From positions 22,830-86,829 of the forward strand of contig JAHPZE010000017.1 in assembly GCA_019058365.1 (NCBI GenBank): a DNA stretch of 64,000 nt. Reading direction: 5' to 3'. This stretch comes from Promethearchaeota archaeon (GTDB taxonomy: Archaea; Asgardarchaeota; Lokiarchaeia; Sigyniarchaeales; SOKP01). The translations under genes and the position numbers were made by a program. Below are positions 1 through 10,442 of the stretch, in pieces. Below the pieces are notes generated by a model that saw nothing but the letters and a program-made list of their open reading frames with translations, was not told the origin of the DNA and did no database searches. Each line of letters begins with the position of its first letter. Position 1 is the first letter of the stretch.

Positions 1-681
1 CCTTCTATGTTCTAAATTAAATATATACGAACGACTTTTTTTTAATATCTCTGAAAGCCAAGATTTTCCTCCTCCTCCTTTAATATATCGATTAAAAATG
101 AATAATAACTTGTTTAAAAAATCATCATTGCATTTCTTTTTATTGTAATCACCTAAAACCTCCAAAAAAGAATTATAGATTAGGTTATAGTTTGAAAAAA
201 TTTCTACATGTTCAGATATTTTTTTAATGGATTTTGGACGAATAACTAAATTAGTGGGTCTCTTATTTGATAATTCAAGCTGATACATCCATCTTTTTAC
301 TATATCCAAACTAACTCCCAAAATTTTAGTAATTTCAGATGCCACAATACGACCTTTAAACCGACGAAGCTTTACTCCCCCCGTAATAGTAAGATTAAGA
401 CATTTTTTTGAGGATTTTTCAAATTCCACGATCTCAGACTCAAGAATATAGATTAAATTAAATAATCTTTTTACAAATATAGTTTCAGTATTATCATTCT
501 TTCTAATAGGGTATTTCATTTTTTTACAAGATTGTACAGTTAGTACACTTTGGGGCGGATTGTGGTGAGATGTTATTTTGGGGGTAAGATATATAGGAGG
601 TTTGATGGAAGATGGAGTAGATGTTACTTTAGATGAGTAGGGATTAGGACATTGAACCTTATTTTGATCATCATAAAACAT
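1..681 (-). CDS. Partial HTH-containing protein (runs off the left edge; not in ORF track)
   Basis: Hand translation from ATG at 681 stays open to base 1 (227 codons). Pro/Ser-rich N-terminus, then two HTH-like segments, ASEITKILGVSLDIVKRWMYQLE and GKSWLSEILKKSRSYIFNLEH. Alternative start at the internal MKYPIRK. Confidence 0.6.
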   Translation of the reverse strand, partial: MFYDDQNKVQCPNPYSSKVTSTPSSIKPPIYLTPKITSHHNPPQSVLTVQSCKKMKYPIRKNDNTETIFVKRLFNLIYILESEIVEFEKSSKKCLNLTITGGVKLRRFKGRIVASEITKILGVSLDIVKRWMYQLELSNKRPTNLVIRPKSIKKISEHVEIFSNYNLIYNSFLEVLGDYNKKKCNDDFLNKLLFIFNRYIKGGGGKSWLSEILKKSRSYIFNLEHRR

Positions 682-876
682 AGTATTATTTTTTTTTTGA
701 AAAACATTAATGTCTTTATCTTTAAAAATTTATAATTTATTTATAATTACTCATAGAAAATAGTAATTTATTTAAAAAGGATTTAAAAAGGATCTTTTTT
801 GATTTAGGATCCTTGTTTCTATACAAATGATTAATAGTATTGAATTTAGAAAGTGAGATATCTATTTAAGATAACA

Positions 877-1641
877 TTAGGAATATTTTGCTAACACTTT
901 CTCTATCATATTTCTTCCTTTAGTAGTAATGTAAATTTTTTCATTATTACGGATAACATATCTCTTTTCTTCTAATCTTCTCAGAGATGTATTGATATTT
1001 GAGTTAGTATGTAATTTTATCGAGGATTTAAGAGTGTTTATATCGGTCATACCGTTTTCTTCGAATAGAAGTAATGTCAATATTTCGTTAGCTGCAGATA
1101 AATCTAATGAAACAAAATTTTTGTTATCGAATTTTTCAATAAATGGGATTGGTTCTGAATTTATCGAATTAATAAGTTCCAAATTCTGATCAGAATTTAA
1201 GGGAGAATATAAACGCACCATTTCAGAAAGGCACCATTTTGCAGTAGAAATAACATATTTAGCATCAATTTTATTTGCAATAATGTCTGATATGTGGGCA
1301 CCATCTCGACTATTCCTAAATCTATATGCAATATATAATGAATCAGCAACAAGTGATTTAACATATTTTGAAATAACTTGATTATTTACTGCTTTTTCTA
1401 AACGTTCTCTTATTTTTGTTAAATCGGGACTTGAAGCTTTAGTATTTCTTACTAAATAATCTAATATTTGATAAAAATTTTCAACAAACTTCCCCAATTT
1501 TACGAGAACTGATTCAAAGTCATTTATTAAAAATTTTAAAACCATTCCTTCATAAATTTTAATTAATTTCTCTACTTCATCAATATTTGCAATGGATTTA
1601 AAAATTACAATGATATCCTTAGACTTTTCTAATTCATTCAT
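877..1641 (-). CDS. HEPN-like helical domain + C-terminal winged-helix protein (putative RNase effector)
   Basis: RNSRDGAH (R-x6-H) motif in an all-helical N-domain. C-terminal NSNINTSLRRLEEKRYVIRNNEKIYITTKGRNMIE is a typical wHTH end. Overlaps the upstream gene by 8 nt. Confidence 0.6.
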   Translation of the reverse strand: MNELEKSKDIIVIFKSIANIDEVEKLIKIYEGMVLKFLINDFESVLVKLGKFVENFYQILDYLVRNTKASSPDLTKIRERLEKAVNNQVISKYVKSLVADSLYIAYRFRNSRDGAHISDIIANKIDAKYVISTAKWCLSEMVRLYSPLNSDQNLELINSINSEPIPFIEKFDNKNFVSLDLSAANEILTLLLFEENGMTDINTLKSSIKLHTNSNINTSLRRLEEKRYVIRNNEKIYITTKGRNMIEKVLAKYS

Positions 1642-2098
1642 TTTCCTTAATCAGATTTTGCGTATAATCAATTCCCATTTTGGTTAATTCAAATCCCTTT
1701 TTCGACTCAATATCAGTGGAACTTCTTAGGAATCCTCTCTTTATCAAGCCATTTAAAGTATCTGTCATGTTTTTTGGTTTTACAGCTCTCACTTGATCAA
1801 ATCCATTTTTAATGTGATCAATATTAAACCCAATAATGTCTTCGTAGGTAAATAAATAGTAGCAAACAATGATAGCAGTATCTGCATAAGTTTTGGGATT
1901 TATTTTAGCTATTAATTCAGGTAGAGAAATATGTTCTTTAACTTTACTAGTTTCTCGTTTTTTGTCTAAATCATCTTGTTTCAATAAAAAAGGGAGGATT
2001 AATTTAAAAGTTTCAAGTCTATATTCATCCTCAACTCCTATTATAATATCTAGAGCTTTCTTGATATTCTTCTTAATCAATTCTTCAATATCTTTCAT
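1634..2098 (-). CDS. Winged-helix protein
   Basis: PKNMTDTLNGLIKRGFLRS...GFELTKMGIDYTQNL wHTH pattern, preceded by a short N-terminal helical hairpin. Confidence 0.6.
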   Translation of the reverse strand: MKDIEELIKKNIKKALDIIIGVEDEYRLETFKLILPFLLKQDDLDKKRETSKVKEHISLPELIAKINPKTYADTAIIVCYYLFTYEDIIGFNIDHIKNGFDQVRAVKPKNMTDTLNGLIKRGFLRSSTDIESKKGFELTKMGIDYTQNLIKENE

Positions 2099-2112
2099 GA
2101 TAACACCATTTT

Positions 2113-2670
2113 TTATTCATCAAGTTTTTCATTAAAAGATTTTAAAAATTCATCAATTGCATGTATATTCAATCTATATTCTCCCCGCCCAGTTCTCTTG
2201 AGTATATTTAATTTACTTAAATCCGAAACGCGAGCAGTAATTTGTTTTTTATTTAAAGTCAGTTCATCATCTAAATCATCAAGAGAGATAATTTCATTAT
2301 CACGTAAATTTTCCTCAAAAAGCATTTTTTTCTCAAGGGAAATTAGTACTATCTGTTCTGTATTTGTTAATTTATCTAAGCTTATTTTTCGGATAATATC
2401 TCCATCATTTGTAAATTTGAATAAATTACTTGCTATATGTTTTATATTTTTAATTGCTTCAGAGGAATTAGTAATCAAAATAGAGGGTTTTTTTTCAGTT
2501 TCATTAACTTTTTCATCAATATGCACAGATTTCTTAGTATCAAATTTTTTTTTGAAAATTTCAATAAAATTGGAAAAATTATCAAGAATAATATTAGGAT
2601 CATCAACTTCTATATTATCTTCAATTTCTAATTTAAAACCTTGAAAATCCGCAAATATTTTATAGTTCAA
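2113..2670 (-). CDS. Winged-helix protein
   Basis: ISLDDLDDELTLNKKQITARVSDLSKLNILKRTGRGEYRLN wHTH. ATGA overlap with the upstream gene. Confidence 0.6.
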   Translation of the reverse strand: MNYKIFADFQGFKLEIEDNIEVDDPNIILDNFSNFIEIFKKKFDTKKSVHIDEKVNETEKKPSILITNSSEAIKNIKHIASNLFKFTNDGDIIRKISLDKLTNTEQIVLISLEKKMLFEENLRDNEIISLDDLDDELTLNKKQITARVSDLSKLNILKRTGRGEYRLNIHAIDEFLKSFNEKLDE

Positions 2671-3314
2671 ATATTATCACCTTTTTGCTCAACTAATTCT
2701 CTAATTAAGTTTCGAGCTTTTAACATACCTTGATTTGTAATTCGATATGTTTTTCCTTCAATTTTTATAAATTTAGAATAATCTCCCCTGAAAGCTTTGT
2801 TCGAAGCTGTGGGATCTATATCAGATTTAATTAAAATTGGAGTTAATGACTGAGAACTCATTTTATCCATTTGATTAATCACTTTATTTGCATAAAGAAT
2901 TAAAAGAATTGCAATCCTTTGAGTTTCGGTTCTTGTATCTCTTTTAATAATTAATAAAATTGGAGGTACTTCATCATCAGTTCCAAAATCATAAACCATT
3001 TCAATTTTATCAGGAGCTATTTTTGAATCATATGAAATTTTTTGACATTTATTTAAAGATCCTTCGTTTCTGATCATTTTGGAAGGCAGAACACTTGTTG
3101 TTATTTCATTAAATGTATTTTCCCTTACATGTGGTTCTACCATTTCGATACTTGGGTTCTTAAATATATCATCATGGCGATCAAAATACTCGAGAAGATC
3201 TTCTAAAAATTCGAATAAATTTCCTTCATACTTATTAATTCCTAGTTTTACTAATACATTATAAATTTTGAATTCCAAATTAATGTCTAACATACTAATA
3301 TCATAGTTTTTCAT
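2667..3314 (-). CDS. Winged-helix protein, first gene of the operon
   Basis: C-terminal MSSQSLTPILIKSDID...KFIKIEGKTYRITNQGMLKARNLIREL wHTH pattern. Confidence 0.55.
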   Translation of the reverse strand: MKNYDISMLDINLEFKIYNVLVKLGINKYEGNLFEFLEDLLEYFDRHDDIFKNPSIEMVEPHVRENTFNEITTSVLPSKMIRNEGSLNKCQKISYDSKIAPDKIEMVYDFGTDDEVPPILLIIKRDTRTETQRIAILLILYANKVINQMDKMSSQSLTPILIKSDIDPTASNKAFRGDYSKFIKIEGKTYRITNQGMLKARNLIRELVEQKGDNI

Positions 3315-3849
3315 TATTTATAAACTTTTGTAAAACACATATAGTTATTTAACTATTGATAATCGTATTTAAATTTGTTTCAGACAGCTAATTCCAAATC
3401 AAGATATAATTATTAAAAAATGCTGAATTAATATATTTTGAAAGAGTATAGATTCGTATTCTCTTAAAAAAAAGGAAGAGGAGAAATAATGATCCTAAAT
3501 TGTGTTAAATTATATATAAAACAAGCATTCTTTTTATATAAAATTGATAATAACACATTAAAATCTATCTATTATCGATTCTTATTAGTAAATAAAATAG
3601 GAAATAGTCGTCGCTTTTACTATAAAATAAATTCAAAATCAAGTCATAATTTATCAGATCTTAACAAATTATTTTATATAATAATGAAAGAAAGGGTCTA
3701 TTTAAAAAATTTAAAAGAATATGAAAAAATAAAAAACTAAGAAAAGAGCTAATGATTTATATTTCAATTATAACCCTATTAATATTTCGCTTTATGCTTT
3801 TGATTGGGACAAAAATATCATTTGATTAATATAAAATCTCAAACAATAA

Positions 3850-4428
3850 AGGAATAACTTCGGAATTGTGCCTTGTGCTGTTATGAGTATGTTTAGTGAG
3901 GGACTTATTCCTGCTGCTTGCGAGGTTGATATCTCCGGTTTAATAGGAATGTTAATATTACAACTTGCCTCTGAGAGTCCATCAGCTATACTGGATTGGA
4001 ACAATAATTATGGTGATGATCCAAATAAAATGGTTTTATTTCACTGTAGTAACCTTCCGAAATCATTCTTTAAAGATACAAAAATGACTATTCATCCCAT
4101 AATTGCAGATCAAAAAGGTGGAGATGTGAGTTTTGGAGCAATTCAAGGGCGTATTAAAGCTAAACCGTGTACACTTTTACGAGTGGAAACTGATGACTTT
4201 TTTGGAGAAATTAAAGCGTTAGTTATAGAGGGTAACTACACAAATGATCTATTAGACACATTTGGGGGTTATGGTGTAATAGAAATTCCTAATTTACAAG
4301 AAGTTTTAAAGATGGTATGTAAAGAGGGGTTTGCTCATCATATTGCTGCATCATTGAATGAAGTGGGAGACATAATAACTGAAGCTCTTTCTAATTATTT
4401 AGGATGGAATGTTCACACTCAATTATAA
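3850..4428 (+). pseudogene. 5'-truncated L-fucose/L-arabinose isomerase family gene (C-terminal part only)
   Basis: NNFGIVPCAVMSM..GLIPAACEVD..LFHCSNLP..EGFAHH match the C-terminal half of the family. An in-frame TAA lies just before 3850 and no N-terminal half is present upstream. Confidence 0.7.
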
Positions 4429-5970
4429 ATGAAATTCAGGTTCTAAAACGCTTTTAATCCCTTTTTGATCAATTATAACTCTAAACTTTTTATAATGGAT
4501 TTTATTTACTTTTTTTTCCTTAAATGATGTTAACTTTAAAACAAGATTTAAATGATATACTTTTGAAACGGGGATATTTTCAATCTTTTTTTTATCTACA
4601 TTCCATTTAGATATAAATTGAATTGGGTCGTCAGCATATCTTAAAAAACCTCTAACATTAAAACGAATAACGTCCGATATATCTTTTCTTCTTGTATGGA
4701 AGTGATTTATTTTTTTGTTGAACAACGTAATTTTTTTTTCATATAGAATAACATCCTCTGGTTTACCACCTTCTTCTATCGAACTAATGTTACTTGATTT
4801 CCTAATCCCTAAAATCTCAGGTGCAATCTTATCTATATTTTTAAAACTTACAATTTCTATAGATTTTCCAATTTTTTCCTTATAAAATCCATCTATAATA
4901 TCAATACGCTGATCTGGAAACATCGATCCTACTGCCTTCTGTGAAACTCCCCGAATATTCTCTTTAATTCGGTCTTTCAGCATATATATTACAACGGTAG
5001 CAATAATAAAGGGAATAGAATACATTGGAAATAATGAAAGGATTAAATAACCAAAAAATAATGAAAAAAACATAGCAACTGCAGCTGCTACTGAGTAAAA
5101 TATTTCTAATGATTGTGATTTAGGATCTTTTTTCTTTTTTTCCAAATATAAAACACTTTGTACATATTTTTTCATGATCCCTTCTTGATATGAAAAAGTT
5201 TCATTATTATCATTTTCAAGAATAATTAATGAGCTCTTTAAATATTCACGATACTGCTGCTCTTTTTCGATTACATCAATCATACTAATTTTGGTTTCGT
5301 TAGTAAATTTATCTTCAAAAGCTTTTAAAAATCTTGTAAGCCACCTTTCAATCTGTAAACTAATATATTCATCAGCAAACCGAAACGCCTCACGCGATTT
5401 TACAGGAACTTGGGAATTTAAGATCTTATTTCCTATCAATTCCAGTTTCTTTTGTAATTTTTTTATTGATTCGAGATAAGAATTTAACAAATCAGATATA
5501 TTATATTTTTTATTAAATTCATTATAGTTATTCTGCATATATTTAAATTGATCTCTTAAAGAGACTTTTGTTATATCCGCAAGTAAGCACAATTCTCTTT
5601 GAATTTTTGTTATGGTCTCCGTATTAGATCTCCCATATTCAATATCTTTCAATGCTTTCAAGATTACATTTATTGGAGAAAGGTCATTTTTCTTATCTAA
5701 TATTCCCTCTATAGGCATTTTAGGAGTTTTAAACCTTATTCGATTGTTAATGTCAGAAAAAAATTGCTCCTTACTATATGAATCCTTGTTTATCTGTAAA
5801 GAACTTGGAATAAAGAAATATGTATCAAGAAGATATGATGTTTTCTTTTTTTCGGTTATTTCCATTTTATAATCTATTTTTGACTCAAAGTTATAAAGAT
5901 CATGGCGTTCAATTGACGATTCTTTCCAATCTCTGATTTTTTCATCATCCATAGTTTTTAGAATCGTCAA
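4423..5970 (-). CDS. Hypothetical protein with two central TM helices
   Basis: 515-aa ORF with hydrophobic hairpin SVAAAVAMFF...IIATVVIYMLKDRIKE. TTG start, alternative ATG 18 nt downstream. Confidence 0.7.
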   Translation of the reverse strand: MTILKTMDDEKIRDWKESSIERHDLYNFESKIDYKMEITEKKKTSYLLDTYFFIPSSLQINKDSYSKEQFFSDINNRIRFKTPKMPIEGILDKKNDLSPINVILKALKDIEYGRSNTETITKIQRELCLLADITKVSLRDQFKYMQNNYNEFNKKYNISDLLNSYLESIKKLQKKLELIGNKILNSQVPVKSREAFRFADEYISLQIERWLTRFLKAFEDKFTNETKISMIDVIEKEQQYREYLKSSLIILENDNNETFSYQEGIMKKYVQSVLYLEKKKKDPKSQSLEIFYSVAAAVAMFFSLFFGYLILSLFPMYSIPFIIATVVIYMLKDRIKENIRGVSQKAVGSMFPDQRIDIIDGFYKEKIGKSIEIVSFKNIDKIAPEILGIRKSSNISSIEEGGKPEDVILYEKKITLFNKKINHFHTRRKDISDVIRFNVRGFLRYADDPIQFISKWNVDKKKIENIPVSKVYHLNLVLKLTSFKEKKVNKIHYKKFRVIIDQKGIKSVLEPEFHL

Positions 5971-6067
5971 TATAACATCACATTAGTTTTTATTTTAATT
6001 AAAAGGATAAAAAAGAGAAATATTCTTCACTCTCTTTTGAAATAAGAATAAATACAAATCTAAAAAT

Positions 6068-7162
6068 TTATTTTTTTCTTTTTATTGAAATCTCTTTTTG
6101 AAAAAATCCCGATTCGATTATATTACTCTTTTCAGTGTCTAAATTTGTAAGAATTTCAAATGGATAAAATTTGTGTACCTCATTTTGGTAATCTAAAATC
6201 CTATTTCTGGTCAAATATATCGAATACTCTGAAATATCACATCCAATCCATCTTCTCTTCAATTTTTCAGCTACAGCTAAAGTTGTTCCAGAACCACAAA
6301 AAAAATCAGCAATTAAATCTCCTTCATTGGATCCCAATTTAATAATTCTCTCGAGTAAACTATGATGCTTTTGAGTTGGAAACCCTGTCCATTCCTTTGA
6401 GGCTGGTTGTAAACAAGGTATTTTCCAGACATCATCTAATTTTTTATCTTTTACTGTTCGATATCTAACATGTCCATTCTTATCTTTCAGATTCTTGAGT
6501 ACGCCATCTATATTTACTCTCATCAACTGTTTTCTTGGTTTTTTACGAGGAATTCTTAATTCATTAAATGTGTAATTACTAGAATTAGAATATACTAAAA
6601 TCGTATCATAAGCCCTTGAAAGATTTTTCTTTCCGGCTGAATACTTATTATAATAATACCAAACAATATTATTAACAAACTTATTTTCTCCAAAAACTTC
6701 ATCTAAAATCAGTCGTATGTAATGATTAGCATGCCAATCAGAATGAACGAAAATTATACCTTTTTTTGACAGAATTTGCTTGAACAATAATATTCTTTCA
6801 TATAACATTTGCAAGTAGGAGCTTAAATCATTATTCCAGTGATCATAATATGCTATTGAATCATAGAATTTGTCATCTTCCTTAATTTTAATTTCATAAT
6901 TAGTTCCAGAAAAGAATGGAGGGTCAATATATATTAAATCAATTTTTTCTTCAAAGTTATTTAATAAAAAATATAATACGTCTAAGTTATTTCCCCAAAA
7001 TAATTTGTTAGACCGGAATTGAGGATTTATAAATCCTTCTAGTTTTTCCTTATCATTTAATGAATGATATTCGAAAGTTTTAAAAAAAGTAGGAATATAT
7101 TTTTTTAGATCTTCTGATTTAAGAGTATTCTCTTTTTTATTTTGCCAAATTAATTTAACCAT
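6068..7162 (-). CDS. Site-specific DNA methyltransferase (N6A/N4C, beta class)
   Basis: IDLIYIDPPF catalytic motif precedes FPTQK and the DFFCGSGTT SAM-binding motif. Confidence 0.9.
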   Translation of the reverse strand: MVKLIWQNKKENTLKSEDLKKYIPTFFKTFEYHSLNDKEKLEGFINPQFRSNKLFWGNNLDVLYFLLNNFEEKIDLIYIDPPFFSGTNYEIKIKEDDKFYDSIAYYDHWNNDLSSYLQMLYERILLFKQILSKKGIIFVHSDWHANHYIRLILDEVFGENKFVNNIVWYYYNKYSAGKKNLSRAYDTILVYSNSSNYTFNELRIPRKKPRKQLMRVNIDGVLKNLKDKNGHVRYRTVKDKKLDDVWKIPCLQPASKEWTGFPTQKHHSLLERIIKLGSNEGDLIADFFCGSGTTLAVAEKLKRRWIGCDISEYSIYLTRNRILDYQNEVHKFYPFEILTNLDTEKSNIIESGFFQKEISIKRKK

Positions 7163-7187
7163 TCTAATAATAGAAAGAAATGTTATT

Positions 7188-7919
7188 CTAAATTTCTTTA
7201 TTTTCTAATAAAGCGTCAAACTCTCGATCTGATACGAACCCCTTATTAATCATAATCTCCTTGATACTTTCGATGAGTTGGGGTGCTACTTTAGCTTCTG
7301 AAATTGTCTCCTCAAGTGAAGTAACTTTTTGCTTTAATGTTTTAATTTCATCTTCTTTTGCAGTTATTTCTTCTTTTAGACTTTCGGATTCTACATACTT
7401 ATCTGATCTTGATTTTTGTAAATCTTTTTTAAGGCTCTCAATTTCATTTTCTCTTTGTTGAAGATTATCTTTGAGTTTTTCTCTCTCTTTTTCTAAATTG
7501 GCCTTAAAATCATTTTTTTCCTCTTCTAAACTCTCGATTTTTATAGTGGACTCCTTTAATTTATTTTCTAATTCTGTAATCTTGGAATTAGATTCAGCTA
7601 ATTTAGTATCTAAATTTGATTTTACTAACCTCAGTTTGTTAAGCTCAGCATCTGCATATAGTTTCTCTTCTTTTATTCTCTCAAAATCTTTATGAGATGT
7701 AGAAAAATTCTCATTTAAAGCAGTTAATTTTCTCTCAGTTTCAGTGAATTTTTCCTTAATTGTTTTTAAATCTTCTGTAGTTCTTTCTAAATCTTTTGTT
7801 TTTTGACTTAATTGTTTTTCTAAATTATTTATTTTAGATCTGAGATCTAATAACACTTTTCCCTCAACAGATAATTTTTTATCTGGGCGTTCTTCAGCGC
7901 GCGCCCAATCGATTGACAT
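7188..7919 (-). CDS. Coiled-coil protein, paralog A
   Basis: Heptad-rich E/K/L rod with head SIDWARAEERPDKKLSVEGK and tail KGFVSDREF, both shared with 11478..12185. Confidence 0.85.
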   Translation of the reverse strand: MSIDWARAEERPDKKLSVEGKVLLDLRSKINNLEKQLSQKTKDLERTTEDLKTIKEKFTETERKLTALNENFSTSHKDFERIKEEKLYADAELNKLRLVKSNLDTKLAESNSKITELENKLKESTIKIESLEEEKNDFKANLEKEREKLKDNLQQRENEIESLKKDLQKSRSDKYVESESLKEEITAKEDEIKTLKQKVTSLEETISEAKVAPQLIESIKEIMINKGFVSDREFDALLENKEI

Positions 7920-8214
7920 TTTTGTTAACCTGATTATGAATTTTATGATATATCTATATATTTATTTTAAAATTATATACTTAATTTGAAATCATATTGT
8001 CTTTTAAAATTTTATTAAATTTTGTTTTTGAGGTGAAAAGTTGGTGTTTAACTTTCTCCTTGAAGTGTGAATTAAGAAAAATTTGTAAACCTTTTCTGAG
8101 AATTCCGATGTTGCCTTTCGGTAAAATTCCCTTATTAGTATTAATTAGGTCTTCCGCTCTATTTATTCTTTTATTGTCCCAACAGGAGCTCATCAGAAAA
8201 TTGTTAAAGGATCC

Positions 8215-10329
8215 ATGACTCCAATATCATCATATAATAGCTTGGGGTCTGTAATTGGGATAACCAATTTACACCCCATAACTACTGATAATTTATTTAA
8301 GATTTATATAGACCTTTATTTATATAAAAGTCTTTCAGGAGGTCAAGCGCATACCCAGGAAGCAGTTCTCTCAATTTTAGGTAACTTTGAGATTTTAAAT
8401 CAGAGAATAATTCTTAATGATGGTAAGTTTCAATATGACGATAGCCTTGCGAGAAGTGACGAAGAATTAAACGGGATTATAAGTAGATTAAGAACAAAGG
8501 TTGATCAAGCAAAATTTAATAAACTTTTCTATCGCGACGAAGATGGAATGCCGTTTGGAAGGAACAAATTTTCTATTAAAGAATATTTAGAAAACCTTCG
8601 GGATGTATTAATGAGTTGGCAAGAGCCTGATGAAGAGGATCGTGACAATGTTGACCATATTCTCTATTTGTCAAAATTTCTTATCGATAATCTCGAACCG
8701 TTAAGTACTGGTACCAGCAAGTTTTCTGTTTCACGTGTTGACGATAAACCTTCTGAGCTTGAAAGAGGGATGGATCTCCTTAAAGTAGCTCAGTATCTTT
8801 TTGGACCTCAAACTTTTCGGTTAATTTTATTTAGATCATTATGGTATTTTGCTAGTGATGGTAAATATAATGTTTTACCACTCTCGATTTTGCCTGAAGA
8901 TCTATCAGAGTATGTATTAGATTTAGGAATTATTTCTAGTACTCAAAGGAAGAGTACATTGACAAATGAATATATGCCATTAGCAACAGCAACTGACATT
9001 AGAAACCATATTCCATCCTTGTTATTAGGTAATTCTTTCTTTAATTTACCCGTTGACGATGGTAGCAACATAGATAGCACGTTCTATTTTGGATATGGTC
9101 CATTACCTTTTATAAGTGATTCAATTTCTATTCCAAAATTTATAGATTCCTATGAATTAAATCAATATATTGGTCGTCTAATATTTAATCAATTTGAATT
9201 ATCTTTAAACAAATATAAAATAGATAATCACATAACTGATCCTAGTGTTAGCAAAGTGAATCTTGGTATGACAGCTTATGAGGATATCTTTAGTGTTGTT
9301 GAAGACAAAGTTATAAGACATTTTACATCTAAGTCAGGAGATATTGCACAAAATCTTGAAGATGCTTTCAATATTCTTATTGAAGCAAGACGAGAATTAC
9401 TATCTTTTACAAATGATAACACAGCAAATATGTTATTAAAAGGTGTAGCAGAGGACACTCTTAGACTTCAATTTATTAAATTCTTTCAAAACCCAATAAT
9501 ATCTACAACTAAAATCTATTTCTATAGTACTCTTGTTGATGGAAAGATTCCTTGGATTGAATTTAGTAAAAATGACTTCGCAGGTAAATTTACTCAAATG
9601 ACTGGTAATACCCATGCATCTCAATGGTCTGCCTTTGATTATAATTATATTGAGCAATATAATGCGAGGGTGATTGATAATAGAGTAGATGTTCTAAAAA
9701 AGCTAATTGAATCTCAGCCCGAAGGTTCTAGAAATGTGCGAATATTTATTGGGCAAAATATTGGTAGCTCCTCAGACCTTTCAACTGATTATGGTTATCA
9801 ATACATCGAAGCAACAACTCAGTCCCCTAAATGGATCCCAAAAACGGAATTCATGACAAGTCAAGGAAAAGCGCCCTCATATATTGATGTTAGCTTTGAA
9901 GAAGGTACTTATAAAGAGTTTGAGATGCAGAAGTTGCGCTATCTTGTCCTACTTTCACTTGCAATGGAATTAAGAATGATAACAGGAGTAAGACCAAATC
10001 AAGAATATGAATTCAATTATCGAGATTTTATATTTATTATAAAGAAAGCCGATTCCAGTGTCAATGATCCGAATTATATCGCTATTTTTAATCATCATTA
10101 TATTACTCAATTAATGCCAATTCACTCATCTAGTGAAGCTCCTTCTTCTGTAAAAAGAGGTTTCACTAAAATTAACTTGGAATGTCCATATAAAAATGAA
10201 ATCTATTGGAAACAAGAATTTTCAAGACGCTGGATTGAATATAGCGACTTTATTCCATTTTGGGTTTCAGGATCTGGTCTACTTATAAATGCCTTTTCTT
10301 ATTATAAAGACTATTTTGGCTATTCTTAA
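8215..10329 (+). CDS. Large hypothetical protein, possibly the C-terminal part of a longer decayed gene
   Basis: 704-aa ORF with no motif I recognise. D/S/T-rich composition unlike its Lys-rich neighbours. The frame stays open 22 codons upstream of the ATG and then hits several stops. Confidence 0.7.
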   Translation: MTPISSYNSLGSVIGITNLHPITTDNLFKIYIDLYLYKSLSGGQAHTQEAVLSILGNFEILNQRIILNDGKFQYDDSLARSDEELNGIISRLRTKVDQAKFNKLFYRDEDGMPFGRNKFSIKEYLENLRDVLMSWQEPDEEDRDNVDHILYLSKFLIDNLEPLSTGTSKFSVSRVDDKPSELERGMDLLKVAQYLFGPQTFRLILFRSLWYFASDGKYNVLPLSILPEDLSEYVLDLGIISSTQRKSTLTNEYMPLATATDIRNHIPSLLLGNSFFNLPVDDGSNIDSTFYFGYGPLPFISDSISIPKFIDSYELNQYIGRLIFNQFELSLNKYKIDNHITDPSVSKVNLGMTAYEDIFSVVEDKVIRHFTSKSGDIAQNLEDAFNILIEARRELLSFTNDNTANMLLKGVAEDTLRLQFIKFFQNPIISTTKIYFYSTLVDGKIPWIEFSKNDFAGKFTQMTGNTHASQWSAFDYNYIEQYNARVIDNRVDVLKKLIESQPEGSRNVRIFIGQNIGSSSDLSTDYGYQYIEATTQSPKWIPKTEFMTSQGKAPSYIDVSFEEGTYKEFEMQKLRYLVLLSLAMELRMITGVRPNQEYEFNYRDFIFIIKKADSSVNDPNYIAIFNHHYITQLMPIHSSSEAPSSVKRGFTKINLECPYKNEIYWKQEFSRRWIEYSDFIPFWVSGSGLLINAFSYYKDYFGYS

Positions 10330-10442
10330 AATTCTATAAAAATGTTTTTTTATATTTATTCTATATTAAATTCGTTGAGAGTAAACATTTAAGAATGTAT
10401 TAAATTATTTTTTAATTAAAGAATTTACACATTAAATTCAGT

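Noticed and set aside
877-3314. wHTH operon as ESCRT-II or SMC kleisin/kite (Wadjet-like) subunits
   Set aside because: Each protein has a single wHTH, no ESCRT-III/Vps4 or SMC ATPase is nearby, and a HEPN-like motif is present.
3489-3740. 83-aa plus-strand ORF
   Set aside because: Low-complexity AT-rich translation with no motif; probably spurious.
7981-8218. Short ORFs 7997..8218(+) and 7981..8193(-)
   Set aside because: No motifs; more likely decayed sequence upstream of the 704-aa gene.
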